Assembly: GCA_964016885.1 (NCBI GenBank)
Contig: OZ024745.1
Location: 133,486,001 to 133,550,000, forward strand
Source: Eledone cirrhosa
Lineage: Eukaryota
Direction of reading: 5' to 3'
DNA: 64,000 nt
This document shows positions 13,544-27,244 of the stretch, piece by piece; the first letter of the stretch is position 1, and every line of letters begins with the position of its first letter. A program made the position numbers and the translations under genes. The notes below the pieces were generated by a model. That model was not told the DNA's origin and ran no database searches. It saw nothing but the letters and a program-made list of their open reading frames with translations.

Positions 13544-13737
13544 AATGATTTGAACATAACTTTGATACTTGTGGAATTTATATTCCTGCTCTGTAAAACA
13601 CCTGATCTTCTTACATTGAGCTATTCCTCTTACTGGTAATAAGGTAGTAATACATTACTGACACTTCCTGTTTATAGTTATTTATAGTATAGTATATACA
13701 TAACTATAAATAGTATCATTATTATTATATATATAAG

Positions 13738-14027
<290 letters not shown>

Positions 14028-14254
14028 AGCAATATATCGTTAAAGGTAATCCGATAGGAGGTTGTGAAAACTACTTACCATGGATAGTTTAAGCGTACGG
14101 CGTTGTGTATGATGGAATCTGCATGTATTTTAAATTGAGTGCCACGGCCTTCAGTGTTTAGCAAACTTTAGACAACACCATCATAGAAACAATTGTTAGA
14201 CTGTAAATGAATGTCCTTGTTTGTACTGTTGACTATGTTATTCTTCACTTTTTC

Positions 14255-14310
<56 letters not shown>

Positions 14311-15048
14311 TCTGTAGTAAAAGTTTGGTAGAAATATCCAAGGGTAAGAGCTCAAAGTCAAGAGGACTTGTTTAGTAAATGTCACTGTTGTAACTATATA
14401 TATATATTTCTCTCCCTTCTCTCAACGTTCTCTCTCTCCCTCTCTCCCTTGCTTTTAATACGGCTTCAGAATGTTCAGCCTGTTTGACTCTCTTTCTCTC
14501 TTACTATCTATCTCCTTTCTTCTCTCTCTCTCTCTATCTCTCTTACTATCTATATCCTTTCTCCTCTCTCTCTCTCTCTTACTATCTATCTCCTTTCTCC
14601 TCTCTCTCTCTCTCTCACTCTCTCTCTCTCTCTGTTCACTTACTACTTCTCCATTCCTACCTTGTTCTGTTTTCCTTCGTTTCTTCCTCTCTCCCACTTG
14701 TTGTTGGTATGGCTTCAGAACTAACATTTACCCAGTTACTACCAAACTTTCATGTACTGCAGCCTCACCTTTTCCCCTTTCTCTATCTGTTTGTCTTCCC
14801 TTTTTTTTCTTCTTTTTTTTTTTTGTCGTTCTCTTCGAAATTGTCTTTTGTGTCTCTTCCCGGATAGCTACCCATTTCAGCTATCAACGTACTGCGGTGA
14901 GATGTCCTGTCTTTAATGTGTTCGAAACATCAGTGATCCACAGAGGACAACTGATGGGCACTAATTGTCCTTGTGTTTGTCTTTCTCTCACGTTTTCTAA
15001 ATTATATTTATTAGTAACCACACAGCGCCGTTCTCACTTTCTTAATTC

Positions 15049-15098
<50 letters not shown>

Positions 15099-15234
15099 AA
15101 TCTGACTTTTTAGAATATTAATAATATTCGTTTGCAATCATGCAAGCAGACTCTTTAAAGCCATGTAATTAGAATGACCCCGAAATTCTTGCTCTTGTGT
15201 TGGTATGTAAACATCTCTTACATCCCCTAATCCC

Positions 15235-15476
15235 CTACAGAATGGAGTCTCCGCTGATGGCCGTTTCGGCTTGGTAGAGGGCTGTGAGCGTTTGACTGCA
15301 CTCGAGGTGCCAGGCACCCATTTTCGGCTGTCGCTTAACCCAAGACTGCAACTCCGTTAGCGAGACGAGTTGTGGAAAAGCTTGTCTCACAAACGATAAC
15401 CATACTGATTCACCGGTCAGGAATACCTGGAGATGGAGTAGCCTCAGTGAGATTTTGCGCATCAATGTGTTGGCAG
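15235..15476 (-). pseudogene. Tx1 ORF2 internal fragment
   Basis: LRLLHLQVFLTGESVW..LVSLTELQSWVKRQPK..ISGDS matches ORF2 at about 3585-3815. Confidence 0.85.
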
Positions 15477-15497
15477 CAGATAAATAGGTAGATAGAG

Positions 15498-15573
<76 letters not shown>

Positions 15574-15574
<1 letters not shown>

Positions 15575-16068
15575 TATTTCGTTATTAGCCACAGGGGCAC
15601 AAAATAAGAGGACAAATACAAAGGGGGAAGTTTACATACAATAAAAACGTGTAATATGTTATCACAGATGGAATTCAAAAAGTTAGTCGATTTTCCCCAA
15701 TAGAGGGAGACAGTTTATATGGGTAACACATACCCCCGAAAAAATGTGCAACCCTCATCTCCAGGAGTACGAAGAGTTTGTGCCCCTTTCCTCTCCGCCT
15801 CTTTTTCCTCAAGCTACAGGCTGATACTGAGAGAAGGCCCATTCACTCGGGCCATTCTCGCCACTTTCACCCACCTTTCATAAAACTTGCTGGGGTACAG
15901 CACCTCTCTCTCCATCCTGATTCTTCTTCTAAAGAGGTATTTGAAAAAGTGAATCAGTTGTTGGCCGGAGAGAAAGGTGTCTGACCTCAGACTTTCAACC
16001 TTGTCCGCCATACAACCTCTTTCGCCATAGCTATCACACAAAGGAAAACCGCCTCTCCTTCGTTTTTG
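15574..16068 (-). mobile_element. 5'-truncated Tx1 copy flanked by (GATA)n on both sides
   Basis: FLSGQQLIHFFKY..ERWVKVARMARVNGPSL plus a homologous 3'UTR; (GATA)n at 15500-15573 and 16073-16160. Confidence 0.88.
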
Positions 16069-16072
16069 ATAG

Positions 16073-16161
<89 letters not shown>

Positions 16162-16236
16162 GGGTTGGTAGGTAGGGAGAGAGAGAGAGAGATAGTTGTT
16201 GAAATGGCAAGATCTCAGCCGTCGGAGCCCGACATT

Positions 16237-16285
<49 letters not shown>

Positions 16286-16416
16286 GTGAGGTTTTTTTTA
16301 CAAAATGAAAAATAACCGAGGTGTCCTACACGAGTGGAAGTATAAAGAAAAAGGGATGAAATCGAAAATGCAACTGAAGTCTTATTTTTTTTTAAAATAT
16401 ATATATTTATTTGGTT

Positions 16417-16454
16417 CCTTTACCGGTTTCGCAGTTCTTCTGCTTTTCAAAAGG
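16417..16454 (-). ncRNA. Minimal hammerhead, U3-A8 variant (family C)
   Basis: CCTT-TTGAAAA-GCAG aagaa CTGC-GAAACCGGTA-AAGG. Confidence 0.7.
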
Positions 16455-16540
16455 TGAGTTGAGATGGAGTGTCTGTGGTTTTTCTCACATCTGTGAGATG
16501 TGAGATGTGAGAAAAACCACAGACCCTCCATCTCAACTCA

Positions 16541-16578
16541 CCTTCTGAAAAGCAGAAGAACTGCGAAACCGGTAAAGG
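16541..16578 (+). ncRNA. Minimal hammerhead (family C), C3-A8 mismatch copy
   Basis: CCTT-CTGAAAA-GCAG aagaa CTGC-GAAACCGGTA-AAGG. Confidence 0.6.
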
Positions 16579-16647
16579 AACCAAATATATATATATATTT
16601 TTTTTAAAAATAAGACTTCAGTTGCATTTTCGATTTCATCCCTTTTT

Positions 16648-16686
<39 letters not shown>

Positions 16687-16698
16687 GAGAGAGGGGGG

Positions 16699-16738
<40 letters not shown>

Positions 16739-17547
16739 GGGGAGAAAGAGAGAGTGAGTGGGAGAACGAGAGGGAGAGATAGGAACTTATAAAATGTAAA
16801 ATATTGATTCCTACAATTAATCATCTAATAAAAGAATAAATTGCAGATATGCTTTAGAGTAGAAGACGCAGGGACATATTTGAAAGGGGGCGGAGATAAG
16901 GAACTACTAGAATACCAGATGAAAAGCGTTGCGGTTAGTGTTCTGGTTTCCAAATTCTTGGAGTTCTCACTTTCCTTATACGGTTTCAGTAAAATAATGT
17001 ACTGGTCCATCCTTTCAATAAAACATTCTAACAGATACCTGCACACAAACATACCTGCGTACAGACATAGCTGCACACAGAGTTTCTCTTTAAAAGCGGA
17101 TGCTATTAAAATGGATAATGCTCTCTTCAATGAAGAGACATAGTTGATTGATGAACTGAAATGGATTTCAATGTCAACAAAGGAAGCAATAAATTCAGTT
17201 GTAAATCTACCAGACAGACAACCTATACATGCTGCCAATATGTCTCTACAATATTGTCTCATTAGCCAGCTTAAATTCAACAAAAATATCATTATAGTTT
17301 ACTAAACTTGTTCATTCTACTGAAAGACATGATTCGTTGTCTGTGGTTCATTAATGTAGTAGTTAATTCACTTGTTCGGCACTCTAGAGGTTTGTGTTCG
17401 ATTCCTCGTTGGTGCCTATGTCCACATTTTGCGTCCCCGGGTGTATTTTCCACGATATTCCAAAATATTATTTACAGTGATCGGGTGTTATTGCCGCCAT
17501 CACTGCATTGGGATGATCACATTTCAAATAAACACACACACACACAT

Positions 17548-17918
<371 letters not shown>

Positions 17919-17922
17919 ATAT

Positions 17923-18467
<545 letters not shown>

Positions 18468-18472
<5 letters not shown>

Positions 18473-18757
18473 ATACTTGGGGGGGTCATATTTGCGTAAT
18501 ATTGCCAGAATTAATAACAGAACACACTCACTGTTTGGTTGGTTTTCGCTTCTCGCTGTCTTTTATATCTGCGATCTAACTTACTCGGTCCTCAATGTTG
18601 CCATTGACTGACCGACGGTCAAAAATAATACAGATACAATATAGACAAAAACACATATATATAGTTTACATAATTTACATAAATCTTTCGTTGCACATCT
18701 GCAACATCGTCAGTGGTGTTATATTTTTTCCTCCTGTTGTGTTGTATGTCTACGCCA
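18468..18757 (-). mobile_element. Family A element, second copy (hammerhead-like motif at 18677-18717)
   Basis: Near-identical to the reverse complement of 706-996. Confidence 0.8.
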
Positions 18758-18883
18758 TTTTTTTTTATTTATTTTTTTTTTTAATTCAGTCTGTCTATAT
18801 ATTTATTTATATATATATTTATATATATATATATATATATATTTATTTATATATATATTTATATATATATTTATTTATATATA

Positions 18884-18968
<85 letters not shown>

Positions 18969-18990
18969 ATTTATATATATATATATGTAC

Positions 18991-19259
18991 ATATCACCGA
19001 AAAGAACAGAATCATTGTTGCGGCGAATGGAATTTATTGGACGTATCTGAGGATCTTGCGATTTTCAGAGTCAGGTTCGATCATCACATCGATAGTGCCT
19101 CGAGCTGGTCGCCAGAGAAACGATTGTAATATGTCCAATAAATTCCATTCGTCGCAACACTGATTCTCTTTTTTTTCTGTGATATCATACTCTGCTCTAT
19201 GAGAGCATCGAGTACTCATACGGCCTACCGCATAAGGAACGCTTTAAGCATCGAACACG

Positions 19260-19262
<3 letters not shown>
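18991..19262 (+). mobile_element. Fold-back element (family F) whose loop is a hammerhead
   Basis: Arms 18991-19046 and 19129-19185, with a one-sided tail to about 19262. Confidence 0.7.
19040..19135 (+). ncRNA. Hammerhead with a long stem II (family F)
   Basis: GACGTAT-CTGAGGA-TCTtGCGA...TCGCcAGA-GAAAC-GATT-GTA-ATATGTC. Confidence 0.7.
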
Positions 19263-19310
<48 letters not shown>

Positions 19311-19420
19311 AACCTGCGTACTTCGTCGAGTGCTCCAATCTGCATACTGAGATGTCGGTAAACAACCAGCATATACTCAAAATATATATATATATATATA
19401 AATGAAAGGTATAGAAATTG

Positions 19421-19486
<66 letters not shown>

Positions 19487-19502
19487 TAAAATAACAGATT
19501 AA

Positions 19503-19553
19503 AGTTTAAGCAAAGAATCGCTGCTTTCACCCTTAACGGGATCTTCTGAAACT
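19503..19553 (-). ncRNA. Hammerhead (family G), inverted pLTR copy
   Basis: Reverse complement of 23129-23179. Confidence 0.7.
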
Positions 19554-20072
19554 AACAAAGTCAATCTGTAAACGCAGAAGTGGATATTTCAAAAAACGTT
19601 GCAATGGAGGAAGACAGGAAGACGATACTTTGGTTCGTTGAAACGCTCGCTGGCAAAGAACGGGAAAAAACGAATATAATACGTCATGAATAGGAGCGGT
19701 GAAAAACAATTACGCGCAAAGACAGAACCACGTTTATGGTATAAAAGAGGTCGTAGACTAATGTTCTCTTTGGTGGTTCATAGAGACGTTCTCTGGCAAT
19801 GAACGAAAAAAACGAAGATAATACGTCATATGTGGAGTGTGGAGAACAATAGCACGCAAAGACAAAACACGTATATGGTATAGCAGAAGTCGTAGACTAA
19901 AATTCTAACTATATTTATATATTTGATATATATATTTGATATTATTTGATATATATTTATATATTTGATATATATTTATCCTTATCGAGCCCTCTTTGGA
20001 TTTTAGTCTTCAAATTTATTATTATTACTATTTGGCTCCCTCGGTTGAGCACTCTACTGACTTATATTCATC

Positions 20073-22202
20073 ATGCAGAAACAACATCTGAATATTTCTA
20101 CAAAGAACAAACCTGTACCAAGCAGGAAAACATACCTAAAACTCCTGATACAGAAAACAGACGCGTTCATTAAAAGGTTGCGTTGGCGTGCCTTTTATTT
20201 CGATAATCCGCGTAAAGCAGACAACAAACAGGATAAATTTGGATTTAAAACCTATAATAACCCCCCGTGTAACCCAGCATTGCTACCCTTCGAAAATAAT
20301 GTCTTGGAATTTATTCGGAGTATCAAATTTCGGAATAGGAGCAATTCCTTCCAGCAAGACCTGAAGAATAGAATTCGTTCTATTAAGGATTCTAATGCCG
20401 TGCACGTCCATTCCGACAAAACTGGCAACCTATATCAAGTGGAGCGCAGTACTTACCATCAACTACTACATAATGCTGTAACTAAGGATTACCGTAAAAC
20501 TAATCGGTGCGTCATCAATGAAATCAACGATGCTGGGTTTAAAATCACATCTGATCTCAACATCCTGGACCGGACCGAACCTCTGGACCCTATTTCTCCC
20601 CACTTTACCCTGAAGGATCACAAATCCAATTTTCCGAACAACTCCTCTATTCGGCTTATTAACCCTACGAAGTCCGATTTAGGTAGACTTAGTAAAACGA
20701 TTCTTGATAGAATTATACCTGAAATTAGAAGTTTGGCCCCTCTTGCACTGTGGAACAATTCTTTCGCGGTGATTGATTGGTTCAACGGCATATGTAACAA
20801 GGAACATTGCCGTTTTATCCAATTTGACATCAACAATTACTACTCCTCCATCACTTTACCACTTCTCCTTAGAGCTATCAATTTCGCTAAAACACTCACA
20901 CTGGTTAAGGATTTCGAAGTTGATGTCATCCTCAATGCCCGAAAGTCGGTGATTAATTTCGACGACTCTATTTGGATTAAAAAATCCAATAGTACCCCAT
21001 TCGACGTGAGTATGGGCGCCAGTGATTCTGCGGAGGTTACTGATCTTATCAGCCTTTTCCTTCTTTTCTCTATCAAGGACGAATTCCCCAACGTGGGCGG
21101 TGGCTTGTACCGTGACGATGGTCTTTTGACCATGACTAAGTGCGGACCTCGTGCTTGCGACAGGTTCAGAAAAGAACTCACAGCCTTCTTTAAAGGCTTC
21201 AACCTCTCTATACAGGTTGAGGCCAATCTCTCGGTCGTTAATTACCTCGACGTTACTCTCAATTTATTGAATGGGTTGTATTACCCGTATAGAAAGCCGA
21301 ATGATACGCTTAATTACATAAGTAAGCATTCCAACCATCCTGCCAGCATAACCAAGAACCTGGTAAGAAACGTCTCGTTGAGGCTTTCCCGTCTTTCCAC
21401 CAACGAGCGTATTTTCAACGACCATTCCACTTATTACAATGAAGCTCTTGCTCGAAGTGGATTTGTCGATAAGGTAGCATATACGGAGTACGTAATTAGA
21501 CCTAGAAGAAATAGATCCCGTCGCATTTGTTGGTATAACCCACCATATAATATGGAGGTGGCCACACCATTAGCTAAGATCTTTCTTTCCCTTATTACGA
21601 AGCATTTTCCTCCTACACATAAATATAGTAACATTTTTAATAGAAATACTATTAAAATTTCTTACTCTACGACTCCTAACCTTGCACATAACATCACAGC
21701 TTCAAATTTAGCTAAACTACCTAGCCGTAGGAACACGTGCAACCCTGTAGTTAGTACTAACTGTAATTGTAGGAATCGGGTTGATTGCCCCCTATCCGGG
21801 AAATGCCTCTCTAGTAATATTGTCTACAAATGTAAGGTTGTAACACCCACGTCGCATAGGGCCTACATAGGGTTAACCGCCAATAGAGTCAAGCAGCGTC
21901 TTTACATGCATACCCATTCTTTTCTTTACTCTCTAAGAAGGAATATGACGTCACTTTCAGCTTATATCTGGAGTCTAAAAGACAACCACACCCAATATAA
22001 GTTACACTGGGAGATCCTAGCTTGGGCTAGATCGTATAACGGAAATAAAAGACCATGTGACCTCTGCGCCGCCGAGGCCCTGGAAATACTCTACGCCACA
22101 GACTACATCTTAAACAAAAAATCTGAGGCAATTTCGGCTTGTAAACATAAATTGCACAAAACTTTCCTGTATTACAGCCCCACGTTATACCCTAACGGAT
22201 AG
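20073..22202 (+). CDS. Penelope-like reverse transcriptase with GIY-YIG endonuclease
   Basis: FIQFDINNYYSSI, DVSMGASDSAEVTDL, GLYRDDGL, NYLDVTLNL, SNHP, CNCRNRVDCPLSGKCL, IVYKC..YIGLT, CDLC, LNKKSE. Confidence 0.93.
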   Translation: MQKQHLNISTKNKPVPSRKTYLKLLIQKTDAFIKRLRWRAFYFDNPRKADNKQDKFGFKTYNNPPCNPALLPFENNVLEFIRSIKFRNRSNSFQQDLKNRIRSIKDSNAVHVHSDKTGNLYQVERSTYHQLLHNAVTKDYRKTNRCVINEINDAGFKITSDLNILDRTEPLDPISPHFTLKDHKSNFPNNSSIRLINPTKSDLGRLSKTILDRIIPEIRSLAPLALWNNSFAVIDWFNGICNKEHCRFIQFDINNYYSSITLPLLLRAINFAKTLTLVKDFEVDVILNARKSVINFDDSIWIKKSNSTPFDVSMGASDSAEVTDLISLFLLFSIKDEFPNVGGGLYRDDGLLTMTKCGPRACDRFRKELTAFFKGFNLSIQVEANLSVVNYLDVTLNLLNGLYYPYRKPNDTLNYISKHSNHPASITKNLVRNVSLRLSRLSTNERIFNDHSTYYNEALARSGFVDKVAYTEYVIRPRRNRSRRICWYNPPYNMEVATPLAKIFLSLITKHFPPTHKYSNIFNRNTIKISYSTTPNLAHNITASNLAKLPSRRNTCNPVVSTNCNCRNRVDCPLSGKCLSSNIVYKCKVVTPTSHRAYIGLTANRVKQRLYMHTHSFLYSLRRNMTSLSAYIWSLKDNHTQYKLHWEILAWARSYNGNKRPCDLCAAEALEILYATDYILNKKSEAISACKHKLHKTFLYYSPTLYPNG

Positions 22203-23128
22203 TACTATCTATACGTGGATATTTTACGTCTTGATGTGGGAGCTAAGTATATGTTTTGTTTATACCATTACTTATTTGCATAGGTAAGTATATATTACCC
22301 GTATGTTTTGTGAAGGTACGTATACCTTCTCGTACGTATATGTGATTGTTTATGTTATGGCGTATAATTTTTTTTATATATTCTGGTACATATGGTTTGG
22401 CTATGTGTATACGGAAGTTTTGCGTCTGTGTGTGTATGGAGGTTCGTACGTATGTAGGGTGTGTGTATATGTGTACTTCATGTTTTGGTTGACTTACGTC
22501 TCCGTACATTCGTGTATTTACATGTAGGTATGTGTGTGTGCTTGTTATATACGTATTTATTTATTTATAGAATTATTTATTTGTATACACGCATACACAC
22601 ACACACATATTTATATGTGCGTGGTTTTGTATACCTATGGTAAGTGTTTTGCGTATGCTTGTGTATGTACGTATTTGTTTGCGTGTATGTATTTATTTAT
22701 TTCTATTACTTCTGTATTGTATTTATTTACCTTGTTCTTAACTCTGTAGCGGAGATTCATTCGGTCTCCTAGTTAGAATTTTAATCTACGACTTCTGCTA
22801 TACCATATACGTGGTTTTGTCTTTGCGTGCTATTGTTCTCCACGCTCCACATATGACGTATTATCTTCGTTTTTTTCGTTCATTGCCAGAGAACGTCTCT
22901 ATGAACCACCTAAGAGAACATTAGTCTACGACCTCTTTTATACCATAAACGTGCTTCTGTCTTTGCGCGTACATGTTTTTCAACGCTCCTATTAATGACG
23001 TATTATATTCGTTTTTTCCCGTTCTTTGCCAGCGAACGTTTCCACGAACCAAAGTATCGTCTTCCTGTCTTCCTCCATTGCAACGTTTTTTGAAATATCC
23101 ACTTCTGCGTTTACAGATTGACTCTGTT

Positions 23129-23179
23129 AGTTTCAGAAGATCCCGTTAAGGGTGAAAGCAGCGATTCTTTGCTTAAACT
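23129..23179 (+). ncRNA. Hammerhead ribozyme in the Penelope pLTR (family G, A4 variant)
   Basis: AGTTT-CAGAAGA-t-CCC gttaa GGG-t-GAAA-GCA gcgattctt TGC-TT-AAACT. Confidence 0.72.
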
Positions 23180-23286
23180 TTAATCTGTTATTTTAATAAA
23201 TATTTGCTTTACGGTTCTTATATATTTGATATATATTTATCCTTATCGAGCCCTCTTTGGATTTTAGTCTTCAAATTTATTATTAC

Positions 23287-23527
<241 letters not shown>

Positions 23528-24389
23528 AAAATAAGGACTGGAAAATTTTACACCATAATATTACACCCTCAAATCTACTCCCTTCAAAACTTATCTCCAT
23601 AATTTCTACTCTTTATTACTTACATTTAACAAACTTCAGTTGTTTTTAACATGACAGTCATAAAACCCAAGTCGCGAATGGTTATTACAGTTTTGTCACA
23701 GATATCTTCACCAGATTTCATAAATGTTTATAATTTAGGTTGCATTTTTTTAATCTTCGAATAAGTTGCGTAGGAACATTTTTTCGTGTGAGAGACTTTT
23801 CATCGGGTTAAATTTTCGTGTGAGAAAACTTCATGGTGGAATTTTCGGAGAGAATTTTCTTGGCATCAAACACATTTTCACCTCACCTAATTTTTAACTT
23901 GTACATATGTCCCCTTCCAAATACTTTTATCCTCAAATCCTTTTCATCGCTCTTTCTCTATATCTCTCCCTCTCTCTTTATCTCTTTATTTCTCTATCCA
24001 TCTCCTCTCGTTATCTGTCTAGTAAGTTTTTGGTCAAACAGCTCCATCGATACACACTTCGATATTAGGATCTGACAGCTAACTATTGATGCAACATAGG
24101 ATAGAGAGATAGAATCCATAAAAGAAAAATCTTCATGCGAGATTTTAAAGACGTTACAAAATACTATTTTATTTTAATCGAATCAGTAGCTTTCACCATA
24201 TGTTTTTCACTATAGAAAATAGTTGTTAGTACAATTCCCAGGCGGGCTGATGCACATTTTTTACCGTTAAGGGTGCTTATATGCTCTGTTATTAGACTAT
24301 TATCTGTAATCAAAATAGAACAAATGCTATGGATTCAATATTCCAAATTCACTCGCCGTGGTTTTCTATTTATTTACATTTGTATTAAT

Positions 24390-24568
24390 TAATTGTTTCT
24401 ACTTTGGGCACAAGGCCAGCAATTACCCAGTACATTACTGGTACTTTATTTTATCGACCCCGTAAGGATGAAAGGCAAAGTTAACCTCGGCGGGATTTGA
24501 ACTCAGACCGTAAAGGGACGTAACTATACTGGAAAGCATGGCATCCGACTCTCTACCGATACTGCCAA
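24390..24568 (-). mobile_element. tRNA-derived SINE
   Basis: Reverse complement of the SINE consensus. Confidence 0.85.
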
Positions 24569-25411
24569 TAATATCTTCTAAATGTAATGGAGAAATATTG
24601 GTTGGGCATATTGGTGTAATTGATCTAACACAGTTATTCCAGACAATAAGAGCTGTGGGAATTAATTCCCACTTTTATTGATGCATATTGTTTCATTGAT
24701 TGGGGCTTATATGCTCAGTTATTGGATTATTTTCTAAAATCAAAATACTACGAAAGCCACTAATTCAATTGGCAAATTTCAATCGCCACCATCTTCTAAA
24801 CTCGCGTAACCATTTTTTAAATTTCACTAGAAAAAGATCCTACCGAAGAATGAATGACATAGGTCAATATGCAGTAGATCTTGCTTTAGTAAAGATACAG
24901 AGGTGACCATTAAAATGGGGAGGGAAGACTATGGATAAGTTTTATTGATAATGGCTGTCTGCCACGTTTGGGATGTTGTACATTAGGGTGATAGGACAGT
25001 ATTTGGCAAAGTTTTTCCACTAATCTCAACTACGCTATATAGACAAACAAATAACTGTCAGATATCTAAACAGACCACCTAATGTTAAATAACAACAATT
25101 AATAGAACTGAAATTTGTTAGGCATTAACTTAAGTTTACGGATGATGAAGATATATCCAACAGATACCTTCTGGGGGTTTATGATGAATATTATGTAGGA
25201 GTCAATTTTAAAGGTCATAATAGGTGGAGATTTCAGAGACAGTGGGCGTTGTGTTAGTGAATGTCTGAAAATATATTGTATTGTTTGATAAATGAGAATA
25301 TCATTTGAAATGTCAACTCAATACAACTTGGCAACTGTTCATCTATAGATATAAACAAGCTTGTGGATTTGAATATCTACAATACAATAGATACAAACAC
25401 ACACACACATA

Positions 25412-25500
<89 letters not shown>

Positions 25501-25507
25501 ATATATA

Positions 25508-25548
<41 letters not shown>

Positions 25549-25713
25549 AAAAAAACACAAGCAAGTTTCGTTTACATAAGAAAAGTATTTATTGCGTATC
25601 GACCTATTACACGCGTTTCGCAGAGGATTGGCTCAAGTTAACCCATAGGAGCTATAGACCGACATGTATATGTACACGAAACTTCCTCGTTTTTTTCTAT
25701 TATATACACTCTG

Positions 25714-25773
<60 letters not shown>

Positions 25774-25840
25774 CAGTTGATTTTCGTTAATTCCTGAGCT
25801 GAAATACGATTCTCGCTAATTTATATTTATATATATATAT

Positions 25841-25981
25841 TACCCACTCTACTACCCTAAGTATTGAGTACTCTGGTGCGTTATGGTCCATCTGGTTCCT
25901 TACCATAACTACTTCGTTATATATATATATAAATATTCTGCTAAGCATTGTGTACCTTACTCTAGCCACCCGATTGAACCC

Positions 25982-26027
<46 letters not shown>

Positions 26028-26142
26028 CCATCTTTTGATCTTATATATTATTTTTTATACTCCAGTCCTACAAACTGTAGAGTGCTACTTATCCGATATC
26101 TGCATTGCATTGCTTTATTGTACTACAATAAAACTCACCTCC

Positions 26143-26220
<78 letters not shown>

Positions 26221-26480
26221 CCAGTAAGTAAGGTACACAATGCTTGGCAGAACATAAATTTTTAATATAGAAATGGCTTCTACTGGACTAGAACTGTTTC
26301 ATTCCAAGGAAATCATCAAGAAAGCGTTCCTGTCCTGATGATTTCCTAGGAGTGAAACAGTTTTAGTCATGTAGAAGCCATTTCCATATTAGTTATATAT
26401 ATAATTTTGAGTATGTGTTGGTTATTTACCGACACCTCAGTATACAGGTTGAAGCACTCAACGAAGTACGCAGGTTGGTC
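25841..26480. mobile_element. Cluster of short pLTR tails (families P, E, D, an E fold-back, and the 19309-19383 family) separated by (TA)n
   Basis: 25841-25920 (P), 25930-25987 (E), 26025-26144 (D), 26220-26392 (E with opposed hammerheads at 26275-26325 minus and 26333-26379 plus), and 26407-26480 as the reverse complement of 19309-19383. Confidence 0.7.
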
Positions 26481-26649
26481 TGTTTACTCCGGAGTAATGT
26501 AAAAACAAGAAGTGTAAATCAACAGGGTAAAATTAGCTTCGTTTATTCATATTCGCTGCTATATATATTTCCGTGATAGCCATTATTGTTCTTTGAGTCT
26601 CAGTCATTGATGCTATTTAACTGGAAAGTTTGTTGAAATGAATAGCAAG

Positions 26650-27176
26650 CCGCTACCTGCAGCCTCAGATATTCAGGACATATCGGAGGGTTCTTGCTGT
26701 TCCCAGCAAGCATGCCTTTTGAAGTGTTCCAAACAACGGGGCTCAACTAATCTTCTTTAACCATCCTTGGAAGCTCTTTGAGATAGTACCTAGTGTTCCT
26801 ATGACAATCGGGACGACATTGACTTCATGGCAGTTCCAAATCCTTTTTAATTCCCACTTTAAATCCTGGTATCGGTTAATTTTCTCGCTCACCTTTTCTT
26901 GCACTCTCGTGTCAAAGGGTCAGGCCACATCTACAATCAGGCACGATCTTTTTTCTTGTCCAAAACCACACGGTCAGGCCTATTGTGTTCTAATTTCTTG
27001 TCCGTCTACCTGAAATCCCATAACACCTTCACCTGATCATTTTCTATCACCGACTCTGGCTTATTCTTATACCACGTCTCAGAATGTGGTAAATTGTTTA
27101 CTTTGCATAGATGACAGTGGATCACCCTGCCTATCACATCATGTCTCAAGCCTTTATAGTGAGTCTGGGCTAGGTG

Positions 27177-27244
<68 letters not shown>

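Larger units (their letters stand above)
11463..13705 (+). mobile_element. 5'-truncated Penelope-like (Naiad-type) element with a short inverted pLTR copy
   Basis: GIY-YIG coding remnant, a 3'UTR of about 1.2 kb, and a pLTR hammerhead at 13490-13543 whose reverse complement sits at 11463-11519. Confidence 0.85.
16279..16654. mobile_element. Fold-back Penelope-derived element (family C) with a hammerhead in both arms
   Basis: Arms 16341-16492 and 16503-16654 with a one-sided extension 16279-16340. Related copies at 50483-50570 and 59413-59590. Confidence 0.8.

Noticed and set aside
16825-17292. 155-aa minus-strand ORF
   Set aside because: No recognisable domain or convincing splice structure.
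17343-17417. tRNA-like sequence with a B box (similar at 53570-53640, minus)
   Set aside because: Stems do not close a cloverleaf; probably degenerate SINE heads.
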